NCBI GenBank assembly: GCA_964646575.1
Contig: CAZYFT010000002.1
Span: 4,459 to 68,458 of the forward strand
DNA: 64,000 bases
From: an uncultured Candidatus Saccharibacteria bacterium
GTDB taxonomy: Bacteria; Patescibacteriota; Saccharimonadia; CAILAD01; GCA-016700035
Reading direction: 5' to 3'
Made by a program: the position numbers and the translations under genes. Below are positions 10,120-17,437 of the stretch, in pieces (the stretch's first letter is position 1; each line of letters begins with the position of its first letter). Below the pieces are notes generated by a model. It was given only the letters and a program-made list of their open reading frames with translations, searched no databases and had not been told where the DNA came from.

Positions 10120-11187
10120 TTACCAAAAAATATTCTGTTTTAATCGAGAGTAAACCTTATGAAACAACGGCTCTGCCTTCTGCCAACGGCCATACACACC
10201 GGCCTTGAGCGGCAATTCCCAACAGCCAACAAATTGGGTAATTTCCTGATTAAACCCACTCTTAAACTGATACAGCCCATACATATGATGCTCGGGACTC
10301 AACTGATCTTTTGGTGGCACAGCAATGAGGTCATATTCCTTCGCACCGCGCTCGCGAGCCCAGCACATTACTTCATACTGCAATAAATACGGGGCCATTA
10401 AGTTACGCTTAGCTCCACTTGAGCCGCCTTCTTTGTAGTAAGCCTTCTCGCCAAAAATCATGGCGTACTCTGCCGCCAGCACTTCGCCTTCGTGCACGGC
10501 CACAAAAAACTGACCCATTCCGGCCTGCGCAAAGCTCTGCCAGTACGACTTAAATGCATGCTTTGGACGTAAATAAAATCCCGCTCGGCCCTGGGTATCG
10601 CCCATCAGCTTATACATTTCATCAACCATCTCGTCGGTGGCATCACGCTTTTCGATGGTGACACCTTTTTTTGTAGCCAGCCGAATATTATAACGCGTCT
10701 TCTGCTTAAAGCTCGCCAGCAATGCGTCATCATCCTTATTAATATCTACGATGATTGTGGCGCGAAACTGCAAATCATGCACACTCTTCAGGTAGCCTGC
10801 CTGCTTGGGCTTCAGCTCATCATCATAAATCTCGGGCTCTACCATCAGCATAAATGCCTTGGAGTCGTGTTTTTTAATGTATGAAGCCAACTCTTTGGTG
10901 AGCGCCTTAAACGCAGCTAGCTGGGCCTTATCACTTTTGTAGTGCGCGAAGATTCCAGGGCCTTTCGGGATATACCAAATGGTGCCAAAACCTGGTGCAT
11001 TTTTTACTAGCGCCTGAAAGTAGACCCGCTCTTTGCCGCCCTCCCAGGCAAGCCTTTCCGGACGCCAATCATATTGCGCTTTATACTCGCCCCACTCCTG
11101 TGTCTGGTAAATATGGCCGCCATCTGGATTCTCTAAAACCAGCTTATTCCAGGCATCGCGCTCTTCGGGTCCGGCACTTCGTATCAT
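10120..11187 (-). CDS. FemAB-family peptidoglycan interpeptide-bridge aminoacyltransferase
   Basis: FemAB-like length and blocks (GQFFVAVHEGEVLAAEYAM, KEGGSSGAKRNLMAPYLLQYEVMCWA). The start is taken at MIRSAGPEE (11187), with a TATAAT 7 nt upstream, which implies a leaderless or near-leaderless mRNA. Confidence 0.75.
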   Translation of the reverse strand: MIRSAGPEERDAWNKLVLENPDGGHIYQTQEWGEYKAQYDWRPERLAWEGGKERVYFQALVKNAPGFGTIWYIPKGPGIFAHYKSDKAQLAAFKALTKELASYIKKHDSKAFMLMVEPEIYDDELKPKQAGYLKSVHDLQFRATIIVDINKDDDALLASFKQKTRYNIRLATKKGVTIEKRDATDEMVDEMYKLMGDTQGRAGFYLRPKHAFKSYWQSFAQAGMGQFFVAVHEGEVLAAEYAMIFGEKAYYKEGGSSGAKRNLMAPYLLQYEVMCWARERGAKEYDLIAVPPKDQLSPEHHMYGLYQFKSGFNQEITQFVGCWELPLKAGVYGRWQKAEPLFHKVYSRLKQNIFW

Positions 11188-11224
11188 GCCCCGTATTATA
11201 CCGGTTTGACCCCTGTAAGATACA

Positions 11225-11253
11225 TTGACTAAATGATTACTAAGTTGTATTAT
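11225..11253 (+). promoter_or_regulatory. promoter TTGACT-17-TATTAT for the 11285 gene
   Basis: Hexamers and spacing read from the sequence. Divergent from the FemAB gene. Confidence 0.45.
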
Positions 11254-11284
11254 ATGCGAACCTGTACCTACCCAAGAAAGGCTC

Positions 11285-12139
11285 ATGATGACAACTGTCA
11301 GCATGGAAAAGTTCCTGTCCAGCTATCCCACTCCACGAGACGCACTCGACGCGCTCGGTCTCGGCGATCTACTCGATCTGGTCGATACCGTCGATGTGCT
11401 CGAAGACTCTTCCTCTGCAGACAGACTGGCAGAGTCTCTGACTATCGCTAAAAGCGAACATGGCATTCGCGATATGTGGGCCTGGCTGCAACGAAACTTC
11501 GGGCTATCCCACAGCCGTGTCAATCAGATCATCGCTCGCAAGCCAGTTGTACACCTTCAGCATCATCTCCGACACGTCACGGCACCGAACCTACGACCAG
11601 GCTATCGCTTCGATCAGTTGCTTTTCGTCTGGGAAATTCTACGTGATGTACCTGAAGGGTTCCTGTACGGCGATAACTTCCAGATCATGCGCGAACGTTT
11701 CGACTCGACTCTTCAGCAGTACCTGGAAGATGCCGTGACTCCTGAGTTGTTCTGGCTGTGCTTCCACGCCAGCCAAGACGAGCTCCTCCAGGATGTACCG
11801 CGCAAGCAGGCTGCTACACATGCTCGACGTGTTCTCGAAGGATACACAGAGTCACTAGAGAAACTCTGGCTTCTTGATCCGCTACAGCAAGAGCCCACCT
11901 CCATCTGGGACCACACCCTTGAGGACGCAGACACACCGGCAGAGGACGTCGACGACGACTCTGATGTCGCCAATGATCTGGAACCACTCGACGTGAGCCT
12001 GACCGAAGGTCCGTTCGACGATGAAGACGACTCGACAAGTGGCGGACCGATCAGCGCCGAAGCCATGGACAACGAAGATGCCTTCGAAGTGTCTATTCGG
12101 AAGCATTACGGCAAGCAAGCCGCCGATCTGCTCTTCTAG
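11285..12139 (+). CDS. acidic hypothetical protein (high-GC island gene)
   Basis: 284 aa, Asp/Glu-rich C-terminus, no recognised motif. Followed by a strong terminator. Confidence 0.5.
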   Translation: MMTTVSMEKFLSSYPTPRDALDALGLGDLLDLVDTVDVLEDSSSADRLAESLTIAKSEHGIRDMWAWLQRNFGLSHSRVNQIIARKPVVHLQHHLRHVTAPNLRPGYRFDQLLFVWEILRDVPEGFLYGDNFQIMRERFDSTLQQYLEDAVTPELFWLCFHASQDELLQDVPRKQAATHARRVLEGYTESLEKLWLLDPLQQEPTSIWDHTLEDADTPAEDVDDDSDVANDLEPLDVSLTEGPFDDEDDSTSGGPISAEAMDNEDAFEVSIRKHYGKQAADLLF

Positions 12140-12146
12140 AGCACCT

Positions 12147-12179
12147 GCCCCGACCATCACCGGTCGGGGTAATTCTTTA
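12147..12179 (+). terminator. intrinsic terminator CCCCGACC-loop-GGTCGGGG + T-rich
   Basis: 8-bp perfect stem, then TAATTCTTTAC. Confidence 0.6.
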
Positions 12180-12204
12180 CTAAGCGCAAATAAAATTGTA
12201 TAAT
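12175..12204 (+). promoter_or_regulatory. extended -10 promoter (TTTACT-17-TGTATAAT) sharing ATAAAATTGTATAAT with the promoter at 13756
   Basis: Read directly. An identical 15-mer occurs upstream of another high-GC gene. Confidence 0.5.
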
Positions 12205-12239
12205 GTGTACATTATTGTACCCTGACCGAAACGAGCAGC

Positions 12240-12725
12240 ATGTCCGACCAAGACTACTGGATCCGTTCCATTCGCTGTGGAGTTGGTTCCAGCCACCGAA
12301 TCTTCGAAGACAGTCGCGCCATCCAGCAGGCAGTCTTCGTCGAAGAGCAAGGCATCGATCCAGATGACGTCTTCGAGCACGAGCACGAAGGCATCCACTT
12401 CGTGCTCTACCTGAAGGTCGACGACCAATTCATCGCCGTGGCCTGTGCCCGAGTGATGGGCAGCAAGCTCCGGCACCCCATCAAGATCGGCCGCGTTGCA
12501 ACCCTGAAGCAGCATCGTCACAACAAGTACGCGCGCCGCCTCCTGGAACACATCATCGATGAACAGGGTCAGCGCTACGAACCTCCCTACTTCTACCTGA
12601 ACTCGCAGGTGGATGCCCGGGGGCTGTACGAAAGCCTGCAGTTCCGCCCGAAAGGCGAGATGTTCAACGAAGCTGGAATCCGACACATCCGCATGGAACT
12701 GCCGTGGCCAACCGAAGCCGCCTAG
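12240..12725 (+). CDS. GNAT-family N-acetyltransferase (high-GC)
   Basis: 161 aa. The R-x-x-G/A-x-A-like acetyl-CoA binding region (RVATLKQHRHNKYARRLLEHI) fits the GNAT fold. Confidence 0.65.
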   Translation: MSDQDYWIRSIRCGVGSSHRIFEDSRAIQQAVFVEEQGIDPDDVFEHEHEGIHFVLYLKVDDQFIAVACARVMGSKLRHPIKIGRVATLKQHRHNKYARRLLEHIIDEQGQRYEPPYFYLNSQVDARGLYESLQFRPKGEMFNEAGIRHIRMELPWPTEAA

Positions 12726-12731
12726 TTCCCG

Positions 12732-12760
12732 CCCTCGCCACGTGCGAGGGTCTTTTTATT
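12732..12760 (+). terminator. intrinsic terminator CCCTCGC-CACGT-GCGAGGG + TCTTTTTATT
   Basis: Perfect 7-bp stem and T-run. Confidence 0.6.
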
Positions 12761-13718
12761 CTAAGCCGCGCAACTTACGATAAACCTGATAAGCCCGATA
12801 CTTCGTCTTTTTTATAGGAATATCCCACGTACCGAGCGTTGTAACACGCTCACCACCAAAGCCCTTTTTAAAGGCCGTAATCCCTGCCCACTTATGGTCG
12901 GCTGAATCATCTGGCGCCGCACCCCAAAAATCAAACTTCGTGAGCCCCGCAGCTTTAGCATCTGTAATCATTTTCCAAACTGCCGAAACCGCCACTTTAT
13001 ACTCTCGATTCAGTGCCTGATCATTGCCAGTATGCGCATACGAGCGCGTATCACCCCAGTCATACACCAGACTGACGCTGGCTACTTTTCCGGCCACGGT
13101 CGAAACGTAAAAACTCGCAACTCCTTTACCTATGAGTGTTTCCGCGAGATGGCGGTAATAACTATCCGGATAATTCGTGATATGTGCATGCGCGGCGGTA
13201 TCTGCCATGAGGCGCAAAAAATCGTCCATAGGCGACATATCTTGCACTTGTCGAATGACGATACCGCGTTTTTCGGTAGTATTGACTCGGTTGCGGTGAC
13301 CAGATTGTAAGCCGTGTCGTAAATCTTCTTCCGGCTGGGAAATATCCAGAACAAATGTGTGCTGAGGATCTACCTCGGTGATCTTGCGCGCACCCGCAGC
13401 TCGCAAATCGGCTTCTGTAACTGCACCAATCGGCTCTATGCGGACAAAATCTACTTCCTGCTCCTCAGCCGAAAAAACTATCGAGCGCAGTGCCTCTGCG
13501 GCATTCTTCTGCACCACTGGGCCATACGGCAAAATAAGATAACGCAAGCCCTTTGAGCTACGCATAAAACCCTGCCAAGCCCACTCGCCTGCTGAACTAG
13601 CCCGCACGGCTTCACGCCCAACAATCTCCTGGAATTCTGCCCAGGCGGTACTTTGCAAAATGCCACCGCCTAACTGCGCAATCTGCGTATCCCAAACGGT
13701 TGGCTCAAAGTTAGTCAT
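12756..13718 (-). CDS. FemAB-family aminoacyltransferase (second paralog)
   Basis: Start at MTNFEPTVWD. The C-terminal GITAFKKGFGGERV block is typical of the FemAB family. Confidence 0.75.
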   Translation of the reverse strand: MTNFEPTVWDTQIAQLGGGILQSTAWAEFQEIVGREAVRASSAGEWAWQGFMRSSKGLRYLILPYGPVVQKNAAEALRSIVFSAEEQEVDFVRIEPIGAVTEADLRAAGARKITEVDPQHTFVLDISQPEEDLRHGLQSGHRNRVNTTEKRGIVIRQVQDMSPMDDFLRLMADTAAHAHITNYPDSYYRHLAETLIGKGVASFYVSTVAGKVASVSLVYDWGDTRSYAHTGNDQALNREYKVAVSAVWKMITDAKAAGLTKFDFWGAAPDDSADHKWAGITAFKKGFGGERVTTLGTWDIPIKKTKYRAYQVYRKLRGLE

Positions 13719-13755
13719 GACTCTTATTGTATACCAATCATGGAGCCAGTATGCA

Positions 13756-13784
13756 TTGCTAAAAAAGACATAAAATTGTATAAT
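13756..13784 (+). promoter_or_regulatory. promoter TTGCTA-17-TATAAT with extended TG
   Basis: Read directly. Shares a 15-mer with the promoter at 12175. Confidence 0.5.
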
Positions 13785-13804
13785 ACAGCAATTCTCGCAC
13801 CTCA

Positions 13805-14104
13805 ATGAAAGGTTTCGACATGGGTGGACTCAGTCCCAACCTCACACCGGATGCCGATGCGCCGAACATCTTCTGGACCGACGGCAGCGGCAGACCGATC
13901 GACAAAGGCAACCCAACCAAGAAGGGCTACGTCCCAGGCCGCTACGACCCGTACAACGACCGGTTCGACCCTGATGTCTTCGACACAAGCATGGTGGTAG
14001 CTCTAACGCTCGCCAGCATCGCGCTGGTCGTCGGCATCATCGGCGCCATCGCGGCAGTGCCGATCACCATCGTGCGTCGCCTCCGTCGGAGGAAGTCATC
14101 ATGA
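13805..14104 (+). CDS. small high-GC protein with C-terminal transmembrane helix and basic tail
   Basis: 99 aa. Hydrophobic stretch VVALTLASIALVVGIIGAIAAVPITIV followed by RRLRRRK. Confidence 0.4.
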   Translation: MKGFDMGGLSPNLTPDADAPNIFWTDGSGRPIDKGNPTKKGYVPGRYDPYNDRFDPDVFDTSMVVALTLASIALVVGIIGAIAAVPITIVRRLRRRKSS

Positions 14105-14170
14105 TCAACCTGCGCTGGATCGCTGAGTAACCGTAAAACCCCACCCTCCTACCTTGGAGCGTGGGGCATT

Positions 14171-14794
14171 TTATACTGCAAGTGCAGCATAATTTGAAAG
14201 TTCGGCAACCGACATGCGCAACGCGAGCGATGTGCGCGGCTGGCCGTTGAGTGGTGGACGCACCCTATGTCGAATACGCGGATCGCTCCCCCGCCCAGGT
14301 GCGCAACCCAGCAGTACCATTACACTACCAGCCTGCACTCGCCAAGAAACAACTCGGCCATGCAACTCAACATCAATCACCGATTCGCCTGCCAACGTAT
14401 AGACTACCACCAAGTACACATCTTGCTTATAATCCCGATGCCAGCCAATCATGTCCCAGGGCTTGACGTAACGCTGCATCGCAACATCATTCACCCGCCA
14501 TTCGCGCAACCACACTGGGCCGCCACGTGCATGAATCGCACATGCAACCGATTCGGTCCGTTCCACCAGCCACTCCAAAGCTTCTGGCAGTGGTTTGGCA
14601 AAATGATGTGTTGCAAATGACTGATACACGCCGCTCGACCGTGGTCGATGGACATCAGCCTTATCGCAGAGCTGTAATAGTTCATCGCACGTCACTGCTG
14701 TAAGTATCACCGGATACACAGCGCAGCCCTGAAACATCGCCGTGAGAACGGCCGAATACAGGCGCTCCCAATCAATCTCCAGCCGGTACTTCAT
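14171..14794 (-). CDS. Fe(II)/2-oxoglutarate dioxygenase, AlkB-like (putative alkylation repair)
   Basis: IGWHRDYKQ (HxD), a distal HGR/RIRH His and an RTSLALR (RxxxxxR) block resemble AlkB. AGGAGAG RBS upstream. Confidence 0.5.
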   Translation of the reverse strand: MKYRLEIDWERLYSAVLTAMFQGCAVYPVILTAVTCDELLQLCDKADVHRPRSSGVYQSFATHHFAKPLPEALEWLVERTESVACAIHARGGPVWLREWRVNDVAMQRYVKPWDMIGWHRDYKQDVYLVVVYTLAGESVIDVELHGRVVSWRVQAGSVMVLLGCAPGRGSDPRIRHRVRPPLNGQPRTSLALRMSVAELSNYAALAV

Positions 14795-15026
14795 CCGCCT
14801 CTCCTTTCAGGAAACTGCCAAAGAGCTCCTGATCTCTTACATCATGGCAGCGCTCGTGTGCCAAGTAGTTGACACTCTGGACGCCATTGCGGAAAAGCAC
14901 CGTTGCAACTACGCGCTGACGCACCTGCACCAAGTGATGGCAGTGCTCACAGAAATGGCCATGCGCCAGAGAAAATCGGCAGGACCATTCGCCTCGAAAA
15001 TCGTGACCGACAAGACACAACGCCAT
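14772..15026 (-). CDS. small Cys/His-rich protein (putative zinc-binding), overlaps the AlkB-like start
   Basis: 84 aa containing HGHFCEHCHH, with a strong AAGGGAGG SD 5 nt upstream. Preferred over the overlapping plus-strand ORF 14742..15206, which runs through a terminator hairpin. Confidence 0.3.
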   Translation of the reverse strand: MALCLVGHDFRGEWSCRFSLAHGHFCEHCHHLVQVRQRVVATVLFRNGVQSVNYLAHERCHDVRDQELFGSFLKGEADEVPAGD

Positions 15027-15060
15027 TGTTGCCTCCCTTTTTGTAGGTACACCCGGATCA

Positions 15061-15088
15061 AAAAACTGCCCGGGCGGGCAGTTTTCTT
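15061..15088 (-). terminator. bidirectional hairpin CTGCCC-GGGC-GGGCAG with flanking A5/T4
   Basis: Perfect 6-bp GC stem, with A/T runs on both sides. Confidence 0.45.
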
Positions 15089-15265
15089 GGTTTACATTAG
15101 TTCAGTGAGGACTTTCAAAAACGCTGGCCGCTCGGTCAGTTTAGGCTATAGTCCGGCATGGACGACCAGGTTGTGTGGCGTTTTGAAAGTAACATTAGCT
15201 TTATGATAACAAATGCGAACATAAAAGAAAACCGCACCCGAATAATCGGATGCGGGGAGTACTAC

Positions 15266-15706
15266 TCAGCAGAACTGAGCCGGATTAAGAGCAGTGAGAA
15301 CAATGCGCGCCTGAATGGTTACCGCAGTCACAATCGTGCGCGTCGGCAAACGTGCATGCGAGATGGGCGTAAACGCCACTTGCCCAACATGCAGACGGGA
15401 TTCGCATACACCACCTCGGGCCTGCGTCTGAATATCCACAGCTCCAGACACGACCAAAACCGCATGATGACCAAGAAAGTGCTGTGGCAAAACCAGCTCA
15501 CCGCCATTTTCCAGGGTGAATTCTTCGACGAAGTTGAAATCATGCTTACAGAGAGGCTGTTCGCGAAGCAACCTCTCGGGTCGAGTGGCGACAGCTTGCA
15601 GGCGCATAGGCGACATTGTGACTTTCTCCACAACGTGCAAGGAGCCAACGAAAGCCGCAAAGACCTTTGGATCTCGGTTTTGTACGAAGCTAGGTGTACG
15701 AGTCAT
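15266..15706 (-). CDS. hypothetical protein, possibly cupin-like (moderately high GC)
   Basis: 146 aa, beta-rich with a His-containing stretch (HFLGHHAVLVVSGAV). The cupin motif match is incomplete. GGAG RBS upstream. Confidence 0.3.
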   Translation of the reverse strand: MTRTPSFVQNRDPKVFAAFVGSLHVVEKVTMSPMRLQAVATRPERLLREQPLCKHDFNFVEEFTLENGGELVLPQHFLGHHAVLVVSGAVDIQTQARGGVCESRLHVGQVAFTPISHARLPTRTIVTAVTIQARIVLTALNPAQFC

Positions 15707-15893
15707 TACTGCTCCAATGTTAGAAGTACAAAAAGCGCTCAGATAAGATCAAAAAGACCGCCTGAGCAGTCAATTTTGCAAGTTTCTAGTCGCTAGTTAG
15801 CGCAAACCTGGCCGCTCGTGCCGTCGAGTGCCATAAAAATACCAAGTGTTTGCGTTGCGTAATTGCATGATGGCCTGTATTATTCCATAGATT

Positions 15894-16964
15894 ATGACTA
15901 CTGACAAGCAAATTCGAACCATTCTCGCCATCGAGTCGAGCTGTGATGAGACAGCCTGTGCCATTATTCGCGACGGCCGTGAAGTTTTGGCGAATGTGAT
16001 AGCTAGCCAGGCCGATCTGCATGCCCAATTTGGCGGCGTGGTGCCCGAAGTCGCTGCCCGCAGCCACATCGAAGTAGTAATTCCGGTTATAGAAGAGGCA
16101 CTCACAGACGCCGAGCTTAGCTGGGATGACATCGATGCCATTGCCGTTACACGCGGGCCTGGACTTATTGGTTCACTGCTCATTGGTGTACTCACCGCCC
16201 GAGTACTGGCTGCAGAAAAAAAGAAGCCGCTCATAGGCGTGAATCATATTCTTGCCCACGCCTACGCGAGCTTCTTAACTAATAGCGAGCAGCCAACCTT
16301 CCCAATGTTGGCACTGATTGTATCCGGTGGCGACTCGAGACTCATGCTATTTCAAGAAGATCTTTCTTTCGCGTTAATCGGTCAGACTCGCGACGATGCT
16401 GCCGGCGAAGCTTTTGATAAGGTCGCCAAGCTGCTTGGCCTCCCCTACCCTGGCGGGCCGAACATCTCTAAAGTTGCTGCGGATGGCAATGACCAAGCAT
16501 ACGAATTCCCGATCGCCAAGATGGGTGAAAGTTACGACTTTAGCTTTTCTGGCCTCAAAACTGCCGTGTTGCGCCAAGTTCAACAAATTGTAGGTGACAA
16601 GCCCGGCCTGGCCGACCTCAAAAAAACCTATCAGCTGCCCTCAGAGACAGTTGCGGACATTGCAGCATCATTTGAGCGCACAGTTGTAGAAACGCTCGTC
16701 AGAGGGCTTCTACGTGCGTATAACGCCTATACTCCAGCTAGTGTCGTGATTGGTGGTGGTGTTAGCGCTAATAAAAGGTTACGAGAAGCGATTGTTGCGC
16801 AAATTCCAGAAGCCCGCGTGGTGCCACCGGTATTCTGTACTGATAATGCCGCTATGATTGGCGCGTTGGCGTATCAGATGGTGGCACAGAGGTCTGGGGT
16901 GATTGCGCCTGAACAGATTCTTGAGACTGAACTAGTGGCGGACTCGAGCTTGGATCAGCTATAG
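15894..16964 (+). CDS. tsaD: tRNA N6-adenosine threonylcarbamoyltransferase TsaD (Kae1/YgjD)
   Basis: AIESSCDETA N-terminal metal-binding motif, GVNHILAHAYA, and 356-aa length. Confidence 0.9.
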   Translation: MTTDKQIRTILAIESSCDETACAIIRDGREVLANVIASQADLHAQFGGVVPEVAARSHIEVVIPVIEEALTDAELSWDDIDAIAVTRGPGLIGSLLIGVLTARVLAAEKKKPLIGVNHILAHAYASFLTNSEQPTFPMLALIVSGGDSRLMLFQEDLSFALIGQTRDDAAGEAFDKVAKLLGLPYPGGPNISKVAADGNDQAYEFPIAKMGESYDFSFSGLKTAVLRQVQQIVGDKPGLADLKKTYQLPSETVADIAASFERTVVETLVRGLLRAYNAYTPASVVIGGGVSANKRLREAIVAQIPEARVVPPVFCTDNAAMIGALAYQMVAQRSGVIAPEQILETELVADSSLDQL

Positions 16965-17379
16965 AGCCGTCGCTCAATTTCCCACGCCTAGCTCTATACT
17001 GATAATTCGCCATTACAATCAGGCTCAATAACCCCAACCCAAAAGGGACTATCATCCAGAGATCATAAATAAAATCTTGTGCATACCTAGGTGGCCTACC
17101 GGGTCCGCCAAGTAAACCTAGCATCGCAGCAAGAAACATTAATTCTACTAAAGACAGAACTATATAAGCCCAAAAAGATACTCCGTTTAATGCCTCCCTG
17201 TTGTTGATCTGCTTTTCCGATCTCCCAAGGAAAACAATTATATAAATGAGAATCGGTAAGGCTATCAAACCTAATCCGTAAATAATTATTGAAAAGAAAG
17301 CAATCGGTATAAGTGATGCAGCCGAAAGCATGCCTATTGCTACAGCCGCTTTATACCCCTTAACTGTAATTGGCTTCAT
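16852..17379 (-). CDS. small polytopic membrane protein (AT-rich); C-terminal tail overlaps tsaD antisense
   Basis: 175 aa with four hydrophobic helices. The last ~37 codons overlap the 3' end of tsaD on the opposite strand, so the true stop is uncertain. Confidence 0.4.
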   Translation of the reverse strand: MKPITVKGYKAAVAIGMLSAASLIPIAFFSIIIYGLGLIALPILIYIIVFLGRSEKQINNREALNGVSFWAYIVLSLVELMFLAAMLGLLGGPGRPPRYAQDFIYDLWMIVPFGLGLLSLIVMANYQYRARRGKLSDGSIADPSSSPPLVQSQESVQAQSPQTSVPPSDTPTRQS

Positions 17380-17437
17380 ATTAATGCGATTGTAGCATAA
17401 CTAGCATCTACACCAGATAATTGATAGGCTGTAAAGT

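Noticed and set aside
14742-15206. 154-aa plus-strand ORF overlapping the AlkB-like gene start
   Set aside because: It reads straight through a perfect GC hairpin terminator and has no SD. The minus-strand 84-aa ORF with an AAGGGAGG SD is the better candidate.
15158-15796. 212-aa plus-strand ORF overlapping the cupin-like gene
   Set aside because: Arg/Ser-rich, no RBS, antisense to a minus-strand ORF that has an SD. Judged spurious.
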